DNA of 32,910 bases from Roseburia sp. (GCA_017621905.1 JAGASC010000198.1:1-32910), one strand, 5' to 3'; positions 18,537-28,770 are shown, counted from the stretch's first letter. Numbers and translations: made by a program. The notes: generated by a model from the letters alone, not told the origin.

Positions 18537-18638
18537 TTTTTTCAATATGCTTGACTCAAAAAAATTATCCTTATCTGGTATCAACCAATGGTTCAAGTCC
18601 ATCCACTTTAATCATATCAATGGCATAATTCGCTTTCT

Positions 18639-19424
18639 TTATTTTTTGTCCTGCTGAAAAAACATTTTTTCTATCTCCCATGCGAGATCAACACCATTGC
18701 CATAACCGGATTCTTTTCCATAGGAACCATCATAATACTTTTTGTCATAACCGATGTTCAATCCTCCCCCCAGTATAACGCCCATTTTCTCTCCACCCTT
18801 TAAATGTAAAATAAGAGTACTGCCTCCCATACGGATCGAATCCGGACTTGTAACCACTTCATCTAATTCAAGATCCAAAGCAGCCAAATAGGAGTAGATG
18901 CTGGATATAAGGAAAGGATCCTGTATCTCTTTGGTCGATGGTGATCTTACTTCCATTTTCTCTATTTTGTGAAACAATTCCTCTGAAAACAATTTGTTAT
19001 GATAGGAAATGGGAATTTCGTCCGTATCATTTGACAGCACATGGACTTCACAACGATATGTTCTGTCAGCCAGATCAGCCGATATCACTGCGTTTCCCGG
19101 ACAAACTGCCGTTAAGATACCATCCTGGTCTACTACCACTGCTTTGTCGGAGCTGCTCCATTTTATATTGTCCCGCAAAACGTCCTGAAGTTCTCTCTGA
19201 TCGGGATACAGAATGAGGTTCTTATACTGATCTGGCTGGAAATCAAGATTATACTGTTTCCCTTTGATCAGGTAAAGTCTGCTCCGGGTAAGCTCCAGAC
19301 CCTTAAGCTGGACATCCGCAGAAGCATTACTCTGATTTTTGTTTATGAAATAGCAGCAAATGGAGGAACATATGAGACCTAAGCCCAGTATCACTACTAC
19401 AATATAGGTTTTCTTGCTTTTCAT
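18639..19424 (-). CDS. Membrane-anchored protein with a bacterial Ig-like (Big_2) domain
   Basis: Likely ATG at 19424. N-terminal hydrophobic helix; IKWSSSDKAVVVDQDGILTAVCPGNAVISA. Confidence 0.7.
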   Translation of the reverse strand: MKSKKTYIVVVILGLGLICSSICCYFINKNQSNASADVQLKGLELTRSRLYLIKGKQYNLDFQPDQYKNLILYPDQRELQDVLRDNIKWSSSDKAVVVDQDGILTAVCPGNAVISADLADRTYRCEVHVLSNDTDEIPISYHNKLFSEELFHKIEKMEVRSPSTKEIQDPFLISSIYSYLAALDLELDEVVTSPDSIRMGGSTLILHLKGGEKMGVILGGGLNIGYDKKYYDGSYGKESGYGNGVDLAWEIEKMFFQQDKK

Positions 19425-19676
19425 TCTGTTCTCCTTTTCAAAACTACTATACTGTTTCTGCATCAAAACATATCTTTGTCAGACCACCCCCTTCATTCCA
19501 TATAATAAGTATACCATACTTATAACACATAACATAGAGGGAACTGCGTTTGTGGCAATATTGGTAAAAATCTGGCAAAATTGGCACAAAAATCACTGTT
19601 TTCAAGCCAAATTTGCCTGTTTTATAAAAAACTTATAGGAAGAAGTTTTTGAAAAATAATGAAATTTATGAAAAAA

Positions 19677-20540
19677 TTACTGATGGAACAGCATCCGTTC
19701 CGCATAGGTATTCCGATAATCTGACGGACTCTGACCGGTGATCTTCTTAAAGGCATTGGAGAAGTTATGATTGTCAGAAAATCCGATATCATACCCGATC
19801 TGGGAGACGGGCAGATTGGTATCCGTGAGCAGTGCCTTTGCCAGTTCCATTTTTCTCTCGAGGATATAGGCTTTCAGGGAGATGCCGGAAGATTTCTTAA
19901 AAAAGGTCGTGATATATTTCTCATTATATCCAAAATAGGCAGCGACTTCGCTGACCTTCACCGGTTCCCTGACCCGCCAGGAGATATAATCCACGATATC
20001 CGTATAGAGCTGCTGTTTATCCCCTTTCATGGTGATGCGGCCGCCGGACAGATAGAGCTGGCTGTAGAGTTCGCACAGGATCCCGGTTATCGTATAATTG
20101 TTCTGGTTGATATTCCGGTAGTTGCGGTTGCAGTCCTGAAGCTGCTTGAGCAGTACGATCATCCGGTCCATCCGGGGTACCTTTGCCTGTACCGGCAGCA
20201 GGATCCGGGTCTCTTCGGCTGGCAGGGGCGAGGAGACTGCGTCCGGGATGCGCAGATCGCTGTGGTTACCGGGATAGGAAAAGTGCGTCCAGTAAAAGGT
20301 GCACTGGGACGGGTGGAAGCCATGCTGGTGACAGGGGGGACTCAGGATGATATATTCCCCCTCATGGACTACATATTCCTTGTTGTCTTCTGCAATGTAT
20401 AAATCCCCTTTTGTCATAAGGATCAGTTCAAAATCTTCCAACATACGTGACATATGCACCCAGTTTTCATCTGGGGCGATAAACTTGCCTGTCCAGTTAA
20501 ACCGGAGGGGCTGGTCAAGGTGAAAGTTCAGTGTATCCAT
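19677..20540 (-). CDS. AraC-family transcriptional regulator
   Basis: Cupin-like N-terminus; C-terminal AKALLTDTNLPVSQIGYDIGFSDNHNFSNAFKKITGQSPSDYR; RBS AAGGAGGT. Confidence 0.93.
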   Translation of the reverse strand: MDTLNFHLDQPLRFNWTGKFIAPDENWVHMSRMLEDFELILMTKGDLYIAEDNKEYVVHEGEYIILSPPCHQHGFHPSQCTFYWTHFSYPGNHSDLRIPDAVSSPLPAEETRILLPVQAKVPRMDRMIVLLKQLQDCNRNYRNINQNNYTITGILCELYSQLYLSGGRITMKGDKQQLYTDIVDYISWRVREPVKVSEVAAYFGYNEKYITTFFKKSSGISLKAYILERKMELAKALLTDTNLPVSQIGYDIGFSDNHNFSNAFKKITGQSPSDYRNTYAERMLFHQ

Positions 20541-20822
20541 ATAACTTTTTTATACCTCCTTTGCCAAAACAGGACAGAATGTCTGAAGGCCTGCTTTTCC
20601 TCTGCCCTAAATATAGATTATGCTGGATTGTATTGCTATAACCTTTATATTACAGGAAAATCCAAAAACAGGCAAGAGGAAAATTACACCTGAACGAACA
20701 TTTTCATAAAACATTTTCATAACAAACAGAACCTAATAGTATGGTGTGTGAAAAATAACCGTGATAAAATAAATCCAACATTAATGTTGAATAGGAAAAC
20801 AGAAAAAGAAAGGAAGAGTGCG

Positions 20823-23800
20823 ATGAAAAAGAACTGGTTGCAGACAGGGAGAAGAATGATGGCATCCGCCCTTGCCGTGCTGATGGCAGCGTCCGGGATC
20901 TCCGTGGCGGCGCCGCTGAAGGCAGAGGCGGCAGGGACTCCGGCAGACAGGAAGGATAATACCATTGTCTATGCCGTGGACTGTGGGGATCTGGATGTCA
21001 AAACAGTTCCGGCGGATGGACCGCTGGGGACACACAACAGTGTGACCGAGCAGGCGTATGGAGCAGACGCCGTGACTGGATACAAATGGGGGATTTATGA
21101 GACAGAGACAAAGACATCCGGGAATGGGAACTGTTCTGTTGGCGGCGTCAGTACCGAGTGGAGCTGGCCCAATGAGCAGGTTGGCGGAGATAAAACGTCC
21201 AAGCTGGCGACAAACCGTTATACGAGAAATCAGACAGAAAAGGGTGTCAGTCCAAGAAACCTGAACTACAGATTTGAACTGGAAAACGGCGAGTATCTGA
21301 TCGAAGTCGGTTTTACGGATCCGTGGAATGTATCCAATAAACCGACTCTATATGCAAATCACGGAAGAGGCACACAGAAGGTGATCGCATCCGAGATCAA
21401 TGTTTCGGCGAACGGAGGTGTGGTGACGGGCGAGGTTACGGTTACTGACGGCGAGTTGACACTCAATGCCATCAGTACTTCCGCCTGTATCAATATGACA
21501 TATATCACGATCAAAAAAGGCGGCGACAGCGCCAAGCTTCAGGCAGATTATGATGATCTGAGCATCGGCACGGCGGTCACATCAGATATCGACCTTCCGG
21601 CGAAGGGATCAAAATATGACAGTACGATTACCTGGGCATCGGATAACCCGGATGTGATCACTGTCACGACCGGATCGGCAGCAAAGGTGACGCGGCCGGC
21701 TGCTGGTGAAGAAGATGCAGAGGTGACACTGACAGCGACGCTGAAGCTTGGCGGGCAGACCCTCACAAAGACGTTTAAGGTTACGGTAAAGGCAGTCAAC
21801 GAGATGGCAGGAGCGGAATATTTTGACCATGAGGCAGTCGAGGTCACCGACGCCTACTATGACAAAGCACTGGAAATGGATGTGGAAAATCTGCTGAAAC
21901 TGGATGCAGACCGGCTGCTGGCGGGCTTCCGGGAGACGGCGATGTATGCGTTCGGTGTCAAAGACAACGCTGCGATCAACACATATATGAAAAACAAAGA
22001 GCGGTACGGCGGCGGCTGGGAAAATTCCCTGATCGGCGGTCACACGCTGGGACATTATATGTCAGCGGTAGCGCAGGGGATCGTGAATCCCGGACTCAGC
22101 CAGGCAGATAAGGATAAGCTGACAGAGCGCTTAAATGAGTTGGTAAATGCCCTGGCAGACTGCCAGGAAAAGACGGCAGGTACCGCATATGAAGGGTATC
22201 TCTTTGGCGCGACCCTTCCCACCGATGCGTTCAAAAATGATGTAGACCTTCAGTTCGACAACGTGGAAGCGGGCAGGGCAAATATCGTATCAGAGGCATG
22301 GGTGCCGTGGTATACGATGCACAAGATCCTCGCTGGTCTGACCGACGCCTATGAGATCGCGGGTAATACGAAGGCGCTTCAGGTGGCGAATAAGCTTGCC
22401 ACATGGATTGCCAAACGTGCCAATGGCTGGTCGGCAGCGACACAGCAGACCGTGCTATCCATAGAATACGGCGGCATGAACGATGCGCTGTATCAGTTAT
22501 ACAAGGTGACAGATGCATCCAATAAAGAAGACTTTTTAAAGGCAGCACACCAGTTTGATGAGACAGCTCTCTTTGATACGGTACTGAAGGGGACTGTGAA
22601 CTGCCTGAATAATAAACATGCCAATACGACGATCCCTAAATTTTTAGGAGCACTCTGCCGCTATGAGGTGACAGGTGAGGCAAAATATCTGCAGTACGCC
22701 GAGAGCTTCTGGGATATGGTGATCGACCGCCATACCTATGTGACGGGCGGCAACAGTGAAAATGAGCACTTCGGTGCAGATGATGTGCTCCATGGCGAGC
22801 GGACGAACACAAACAACGAGACCTGTAACACGTATAATATGTTGAAACTCAGCAGAAAGCTGTTTGTGATCACCGGAGACAAAAAGTATGCGGATTATTA
22901 TGAAAATACACTGATCAATGCCATTATGTCCTCCCAGAATCACGAGACAGGCATGACCATGTATTTCCAGCCGATGGCGACCGGCTATCAGAAAGTCTTT
23001 GGTACGCTGGACACCAATTTCTGGTGTTGTACCGGTTCTGGTATGGAGAACTTTACAAAACTGCAGGACAGCATCTATTTTAAAAAGAGCGGACTTGTGA
23101 TCGTAAACCAGTATCTTGCCTCCAAAGTGACCGGAGACGGATATACCATTACACAGACCGGGGATCTCAGTAAATCCGATACCATGACCTTCAAGGTAGA
23201 GGGTGGTAACATCGGCATCAGGCTGAAGCTGCGTGTCCCGGACTGGGTAAAGGACGGAAAGACAATCGTTGCGTTTGACGGCACAGAGAAGGAATACAAA
23301 GTACAGGATGGTTATATCACCGTCCCCAATGAGGATATCAAAAATGGTGCGGAGTTTACCGTGAAGCTGCCGATGGAGGTGGCTGCCTATAACCTTCCTG
23401 ATTCAAAGGATACATACGCTTTCAAATATGGCCCCTTTGTACTGAGCGCCAAGCTGGGCAAGAGCAAACAGACCACTGGTTCTCACGGTGTTGCTGTCAC
23501 GGTGCCGACCAGCAAGGCTGTGACAAGCGATACGATCGGGATCCGCAATGCGGAAACCGTAGAAGAATATATAAAGAAGATCAACCAGAACCTTGTGAAA
23601 GCAGAGGGGTCCATGAATTTCACCCTCAAGGGAACGAATTTCTCTCATCCGTTTACGACGCATTATAATCAGGATGAAGAAAACTACGGGATCTACTGGA
23701 CCTATTACATCGATGAAGAGGGACGGGGATCAGAGGAGATCCTGGCAGAGAAGGCGGCAAAACGGCTGGAGCGTGTTGAGATTGACACGATGGCACAGGT

Positions 23801-25808
23801 AGGACGCGGTCAGTATGAGTCCCGGTTTAGTGTCAATGCAGACGGTTCACAGAAGGATGGTCTGGTAGAAAGCGGAACCGGATCAGTCGGTGTCGATGCC
23901 CCGGATCTGACGAGAAAGGCAAATGCCGGTGGATCCTTTGGTTACAAGATGATCGTCAGTGAGGGCGAGGATAATTATCTGTTGCTGACTTATGCCAAAG
24001 CAGATGATGGCAAGAGTATCCGGATCACCGTAGGAGACGAACTCATCGCAGAGGAAGTGCTGGACAGTGCGAAGGCAAAGGTACAGAATATGACGCTTGC
24101 TGAGGCGGATCAGGCAGAGTATTATCAGGTGCTGTATAAGATCTCAGCAAATACGATCAGAAACAATGTGCAGAATCTGCAGGTCTACGACGCAGAAGGC
24201 AGGGCAAAGACGGAAAAAGTCATCACCGTATCTTTTGCTGGCAAGGATCAGGCAGAATCCGCCAGACTCTGTAAATCCGTTTCTCTTATGAGACCGTACA
24301 ATACTGTGAACCAGCTGACAAAAGTTGAGTACAACGGCAAGGCACTGACGGCAGTAAACGGAACCTATACGATCACCGTGCCATATTCGCAGAATCCTTC
24401 TGTGAAGTTCAGTATCCAGGATTCTTACGGTTATGTGGAGATCAATGGGGATGCCATTGATGAGACACAGCCTAAGACGCTGAAAACAAAAGGAGCGACA
24501 ACGACTTTTACCGTTAAGGTATATGCAGAAGATTTCAAGACATATAAGACATATAAGGTAGTAGTCAAAAGAGATTACACAAATCTCAGGCTGAAGGAAA
24601 GTCTGGTAAAGAGCTTTACCTTTGAGGGCAAAACAGACGGGGCGGCAGCCGTACAGAAAGCAGCCGTGCCATCCAATGTGAGTGGTGCGTCCTACAGCTA
24701 TCAGAATGGCGCGATCGGAAAAGCCATTACGATGCCGGGCACCTATGGACTGAAACTGATGGATGATACGAAAGCACTGGGAGAGAGTTACACAGTAAGC
24801 TTCTGGATGAATTCCAAATCGACGGGATCGACAGTTGATCCTACCCTGACAGCAGGGAAATTTTCACCGGAATACTGGATGAATCTGACACTGGATGCCA
24901 GAATCTGGTCGAAAAACGGCGACTATATTGACACGCCGGCGTCCAGTGCCTACACGGCAAATAAATGGCAGAATGTAGTAGTGGTAGTAAACGGTGCGAA
25001 GGCTGGTAAAAAGGACGGCACAGTAAATGGTACCCTGTATGTAGACGGAGAAGCCGTATCAACGGGAGACGTGGCAAAGGGGATCATGACACAGAGCGGA
25101 TCGAAGATGTATTTTGGCGTAAATGCCTGGGATGCTTACTTCTCTGGGGCGCTCGATGAGGTGCTGATCTTCAAAAAAGCATTGTCCGATGCGGAGGTAC
25201 AGGCGATCGCCAGCAAATCCGCCACCGCTTCCACGATCCTGGGAACAGATAAACCATATACACCAGGGATACCAAACGGGATACCGAATGGAAAGGTGGC
25301 TGCCAAATCGGTTTCCGTAAAGGCTGCCGGTTACACGCTGAAGGGCAATAAGATCACCCTGAAAAAAGGGAAAAAGGTAACGCTCAAGGCATCCGTATCT
25401 CCGGCGAAAGCAAGCCAGAAGGTGACATTTAAAAGCAGTAAAAAGAAAGTGGTGACGGTATCGAAAAAGGGCGTGGTAAAAGCGAAAAAACCGGGGACGG
25501 CAAAGATCACGGTCAAGACGTCCAACGGGAAGAAAAAAGTGATCACGATCAAGGTTGTGAAAAAGGATAAGATCAATAAGAAGCTGACGCTGACAAAGAA
25601 ATCGCTGAAATTAAAGAAAGGGAAAACCGCACAGATCAAAGTAAAGAAAATGACGGCGGGGACGACCAGTAAGCTGACCTATAAGTCCAGTAAGAAAAAA
25701 GTGGCAACTGTAGATAAATATGGCGTGATCAGGGCAAAGAAAAAAGGAAAGGCAACGATCACCGTAACATGCGGAAAGAAAAAGGCGAAGATCAAAGTCA
25801 GAGTGTAA
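20823..25808 (+). CDS. Secreted multimodular GH127/GH146-type beta-L-arabinofuranosidase
   Basis: ATG at 20823; signal peptide; Ig-like domain; catalytic motifs GHTLGHYMSA, PWYTMHK, EYGGMND, HANTTIPK, ETCNTYNMLK and FWCCTGSGMEN; LamG-like domain; two Lys-rich Big_2 repeats. Confidence 0.85.
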   Translation: MKKNWLQTGRRMMASALAVLMAASGISVAAPLKAEAAGTPADRKDNTIVYAVDCGDLDVKTVPADGPLGTHNSVTEQAYGADAVTGYKWGIYETETKTSGNGNCSVGGVSTEWSWPNEQVGGDKTSKLATNRYTRNQTEKGVSPRNLNYRFELENGEYLIEVGFTDPWNVSNKPTLYANHGRGTQKVIASEINVSANGGVVTGEVTVTDGELTLNAISTSACINMTYITIKKGGDSAKLQADYDDLSIGTAVTSDIDLPAKGSKYDSTITWASDNPDVITVTTGSAAKVTRPAAGEEDAEVTLTATLKLGGQTLTKTFKVTVKAVNEMAGAEYFDHEAVEVTDAYYDKALEMDVENLLKLDADRLLAGFRETAMYAFGVKDNAAINTYMKNKERYGGGWENSLIGGHTLGHYMSAVAQGIVNPGLSQADKDKLTERLNELVNALADCQEKTAGTAYEGYLFGATLPTDAFKNDVDLQFDNVEAGRANIVSEAWVPWYTMHKILAGLTDAYEIAGNTKALQVANKLATWIAKRANGWSAATQQTVLSIEYGGMNDALYQLYKVTDASNKEDFLKAAHQFDETALFDTVLKGTVNCLNNKHANTTIPKFLGALCRYEVTGEAKYLQYAESFWDMVIDRHTYVTGGNSENEHFGADDVLHGERTNTNNETCNTYNMLKLSRKLFVITGDKKYADYYENTLINAIMSSQNHETGMTMYFQPMATGYQKVFGTLDTNFWCCTGSGMENFTKLQDSIYFKKSGLVIVNQYLASKVTGDGYTITQTGDLSKSDTMTFKVEGGNIGIRLKLRVPDWVKDGKTIVAFDGTEKEYKVQDGYITVPNEDIKNGAEFTVKLPMEVAAYNLPDSKDTYAFKYGPFVLSAKLGKSKQTTGSHGVAVTVPTSKAVTSDTIGIRNAETVEEYIKKINQNLVKAEGSMNFTLKGTNFSHPFTTHYNQDEENYGIYWTYYIDEEGRGSEEILAEKAAKRLERVEIDTMAQVGRGQYESRFSVNADGSQKDGLVESGTGSVGVDAPDLTRKANAGGSFGYKMIVSEGEDNYLLLTYAKADDGKSIRITVGDELIAEEVLDSAKAKVQNMTLAEADQAEYYQVLYKISANTIRNNVQNLQVYDAEGRAKTEKVITVSFAGKDQAESARLCKSVSLMRPYNTVNQLTKVEYNGKALTAVNGTYTITVPYSQNPSVKFSIQDSYGYVEINGDAIDETQPKTLKTKGATTTFTVKVYAEDFKTYKTYKVVVKRDYTNLRLKESLVKSFTFEGKTDGAAAVQKAAVPSNVSGASYSYQNGAIGKAITMPGTYGLKLMDDTKALGESYTVSFWMNSKSTGSTVDPTLTAGKFSPEYWMNLTLDARIWSKNGDYIDTPASSAYTANKWQNVVVVVNGAKAGKKDGTVNGTLYVDGEAVSTGDVAKGIMTQSGSKMYFGVNAWDAYFSGALDEVLIFKKALSDAEVQAIASKSATASTILGTDKPYTPGIPNGIPNGKVAAKSVSVKAAGYTLKGNKITLKKGKKVTLKASVSPAKASQKVTFKSSKKKVVTVSKKGVVKAKKPGTAKITVKTSNGKKKVITIKVVKKDKINKKLTLTKKSLKLKKGKTAQIKVKKMTAGTTSKLTYKSSKKKVATVDKYGVIRAKKKGKATITVTCGKKKAKIKVRV

Positions 25809-25839
25809 AAGACAATCTCATTAAATAAGAAAGAGACAG

Positions 25840-25862
25840 GGGGACTGCGGATGCAGTCTCCC
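25840..25862 (+). terminator. Hairpin after the GH gene
   Basis: GGGGACTGC-GGAT-GCAGTCTCC; weak U tract. Confidence 0.45.
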
Positions 25863-25933
25863 TAGTGCTGTTATTAAGGTGTTGAACACAGGTGTATATG
25901 GTTCTGGAGATAGAAGAAAGCTTAAATTCCGGC

Positions 25934-25962
25934 TTGACTTTTGCTTCTAACATTGTTATAAT
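25934..25962 (+). promoter_or_regulatory. Sigma70 promoter for tRNA-Gly
   Basis: TTGACT (25934-25939), 17 bp, TATAAT (25957-25962), with extended TG. Confidence 0.8.
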
Positions 25963-26000
25963 ATCTTTCGTTGGCAAACAGAATACTGGTTTAACGACAA

Positions 26001-26071
26001 GCGGGTGTAGTTCAATGGTAGAACACTAGCCTTCCAAGCTAGATACGTGGGTTCGATTCCCATCACCCGCT
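26001..26071 (+). tRNA. tRNA-Gly (anticodon TCC)
   Basis: Acceptor stem GCGGGTG/CACCCGC; anticodon arm CTAGC-CTTCCAA-GCTAG; T-loop TTCGATT. CCA is not encoded. Confidence 0.97.
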
Positions 26072-26120
26072 TTTTCTTTATGCAATGATTCAGACGGGAA
26101 CGAAAAAGAGGTGGCAGACG

Positions 26121-27902
26121 TTGAAAAATAAAGTGATTCTGGCAGGAATCAATGCCAGGTATATCCATACGAATCTTGCGATCCGCTCTCTTCGTGCCAA
26201 TGCTGGTGAATATGCGGAAGAGGTAGAGCTGTGTGAGTATACCATCAACCAGAGGCGGGAGGAGATCCTTGCCCGGCTGTATGAAAGGAAGCCGGATGTA
26301 CTTGGTTTTTCCTGCTATCTGTGGAATATTGATTATGTACTGTCCCTCGCCTGCGATCTGAAAAAGGTGCTGCCGGGACTCATGGTCTTTGCCGGAGGAC
26401 CGGAAGTCAGCTACCACCCGGAGGAATTGCTGAAAACGTATTCTTTTATTGATCTGGTCATGGTGGGTGAGGGAGAACAGACCTTTCGCGAGTATCTGCA
26501 GTGGCTGGAAACAGACGGGACGGAGGAAGGGCTTGCTAAGATCCATGGACTGGTCTTCCGGGAGAATGGCGGGGATGAAGGCTCTGACAGGATCATCCGC
26601 ACCCTGCCGAGAGAGGGAATGGCGATGGATGAGCTTGTATTTCCCTATCCGGACACGGCAGGGCTGGAGCATCAGATCCTGTATTATGAGAGCAGCCGTG
26701 GATGTCCTTTTTCCTGCAGCTACTGCCTGTCTTCGATTGAGAAGTCTGTGCGGATAAAAAGTGTGGCAAAGACGGTCAGGGAGCTTGACTTTTTTCTGGA
26801 GCATAATGTCCCCCAGGTCAAATTTGTGGACCGGACATTTAACTGTAACCATGCGTATGCTTATGAGATATGGAAATATATCGGGGAACAGGATAACGGG
26901 GTGACGAACTTTCATTTTGAGATCGCCGGGGATCTGCTGCAAGAAGAGGACTTTGCCCTGTTCCGTACATTCCGGCCGGGACTGGTACAGTTCGAGATCG
27001 GCGTACAGTCCACCAATCCGGATACCATCCGGGCGATCCGCAGGAAGATGGATCTGGAAAAACTGAAAAATAATGTTGCCCGTATCCGTGAGAACCATAA
27101 TATCCATGAACATCTGGATCTCATCGCCGGGCTGCCCTGTGAGGATTATGAAAGCTTCCGCCGTTCCTTTAACGATGTCTATGAAATGAGGCCGGATCAG
27201 CTGCAGCTTGGCTTTTTGAAGCTGCTGGACGGTTCCTACATGAACGAAGTAAAGGATGGATATGAGATCCGCTGTAGTGGAAAGGCGCCATATGAGGTGC
27301 TTTCTACCAAATGGCTTTCTTATGATGATATCCTGCGTCTGAAACGGGTGGAGGAAATGGTGGAGGTGTATTACAACAGCCTTCAGTTTACCGCTTCCAT
27401 GGCATATCTGGTACCGCGGTTTGACAGCGCTTTCGATCTGTATGACAAGCTGGGAAGCTATTATAAAGAAAATGGCCTTCTGGACTGCAGTCACAGCCGG
27501 CAGATGCGGTATGAGATTTTGTGGGATTTCTGTCTGGGAGATGTCTGTGGTTCGGAGGAAGAGAGGGAAGAATTGCGTGAGATCCTGACCTTTGATCTGT
27601 TCCGGCGGGACTATGTCAAGAGCCCGCCATCCTTTGTCCGTCCCAGAGAACCGGGCGTCAGAAGGGAGATCCGCAGACTTATGGACAGGGCGCTGCAGGG
27701 AACAGGTGATTTATCTGCCCGGTATGGCGGTATGACGGCGGGACAGGTATTCCATATCGTATATGTGGATTTATTTACGATCGATATGGGTATGCTGACA
27801 GAGACGGGCAGACTGGTGAAGAGGACCCCCCGATACCTGCTGTTTGATTACCGGCAGAGAGATCCGCTGAGTCATTCGGCACAGGTGGCGCCGTTGAGCT
27901 AA
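26121..27902 (+). CDS. B12-binding-domain radical SAM protein (probable C-terminal DUF4080)
   Basis: TTG at 26121 after GAGGTG. FSCYLWN, GGPEVS, GEGE, SSRGCPFSCSYC (CxxxCxxC) and FVDRTFN. Confidence 0.9.
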   Translation: MKNKVILAGINARYIHTNLAIRSLRANAGEYAEEVELCEYTINQRREEILARLYERKPDVLGFSCYLWNIDYVLSLACDLKKVLPGLMVFAGGPEVSYHPEELLKTYSFIDLVMVGEGEQTFREYLQWLETDGTEEGLAKIHGLVFRENGGDEGSDRIIRTLPREGMAMDELVFPYPDTAGLEHQILYYESSRGCPFSCSYCLSSIEKSVRIKSVAKTVRELDFFLEHNVPQVKFVDRTFNCNHAYAYEIWKYIGEQDNGVTNFHFEIAGDLLQEEDFALFRTFRPGLVQFEIGVQSTNPDTIRAIRRKMDLEKLKNNVARIRENHNIHEHLDLIAGLPCEDYESFRRSFNDVYEMRPDQLQLGFLKLLDGSYMNEVKDGYEIRCSGKAPYEVLSTKWLSYDDILRLKRVEEMVEVYYNSLQFTASMAYLVPRFDSAFDLYDKLGSYYKENGLLDCSHSRQMRYEILWDFCLGDVCGSEEEREELREILTFDLFRRDYVKSPPSFVRPREPGVRREIRRLMDRALQGTGDLSARYGGMTAGQVFHIVYVDLFTIDMGMLTETGRLVKRTPRYLLFDYRQRDPLSHSAQVAPLS

Positions 27903-28513
27903 CTGTCAAGGAGCTGGCGGAGCAGGACAGTGATCTTTTCCCTGCGGGGATGGCTGCCGGATTCCACGTCCCGGATCAGGCTGCGCACTTTGTCCGGGCG
28001 GCGCGTCACAAGATAGATCTTTGCCAGTTCCTCATAATCCGTAACCCGGCGCGAACCAAACCGTATGGCGGCAAGGTAGGTCTGTTCTGCCTCGTCATGG
28101 TATCCGCTGCGTTCGTAGGACCGGGCGAGATTTGTCAGGGTGACCAGAAATGTGTTAAAATTTTCATCATATTCGGATAATGTCTTGAAATTTCCGACGC
28201 CATATGCTAATTTTAAATCTGTGTTGGAATGTTCTGACAGATCGATCATCGGTTTCTGGATGATCTGCCGGAGTTGTCCGATATAATAAAGGATTGATTC
28301 ATCCTCGGTTTCCATAAATGGAATATCATCATCCCCGATCTGGATCAGGGGAAGGTGCGAGATATCCTTGTTCCGGGTACTGTTGGCAAGTTCCTCCCGT
28401 GCCCAGAATTCATCGGAAGCCATTTTCTGTATCCGCTGGTTTTTCCGCTGTTCATAAAAAAGCCAGGCACAGAAGATCAGAGAGCAAATTAAAATAACAA
28501 CAATAAATCGCAT
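27899..28513 (-). CDS. Hypothetical membrane-anchored protein with a TPR-like helical C-terminus
   Basis: N-terminal TM, FWAREELANSTR, LKLAYG; RBS AAAGGA. Confidence 0.7.
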   Translation of the reverse strand: MRFIVVILICSLIFCAWLFYEQRKNQRIQKMASDEFWAREELANSTRNKDISHLPLIQIGDDDIPFMETEDESILYYIGQLRQIIQKPMIDLSEHSNTDLKLAYGVGNFKTLSEYDENFNTFLVTLTNLARSYERSGYHDEAEQTYLAAIRFGSRRVTDYEELAKIYLVTRRPDKVRSLIRDVESGSHPRREKITVLLRQLLDS

Positions 28514-28548
28514 AATACGTACATCCTTTCAGAAAGGGGGAAATTCTT

Positions 28549-28641
28549 ATGATGAACCGTAAAAAACAAAGGCTCGTGGCAGCCGTGATCTGTGTTGTGG
28601 TGATCATAGCCATGCTTGTCGGACTTCTGGCATCCATGTGA
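28549..28641 (+). CDS. 30-aa single-helix membrane peptide
   Basis: Not in the ORF track. MMNRKKQRLVAAVICVVVIIAMLVGLLASM*; RBS AAAGGGGG. Confidence 0.6.
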   Translation: MMNRKKQRLVAAVICVVVIIAMLVGLLASM

Positions 28642-28770
28642 GGCCATGCCGGGTCCCCTTTGGGTATAGTGTAATACAGCTTGCCAAAATGTGCAAGCGA
28701 TAGAATCAGAGTTTTGGTGAGAGCAGAGGCGGCAGGGGAAGACGCCGCATTAGAGAGGGAGGCAGTAAAA

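Noticed and set aside
25267-25291. GIPNGIPNG micro-duplication
   Set aside because: Ordinary in-frame linker duplication.
26001-26071. tRNA-Gly as the island's integration site
   Set aside because: I saw no duplicate of its 3' end in the window, and core-like genes flank it.
25956-27494. 512-aa minus-strand ORF (also 19767-20402, 30572-31420 and similar)
   Set aside because: Antisense shadows of well-supported genes; this one also runs through the tRNA.
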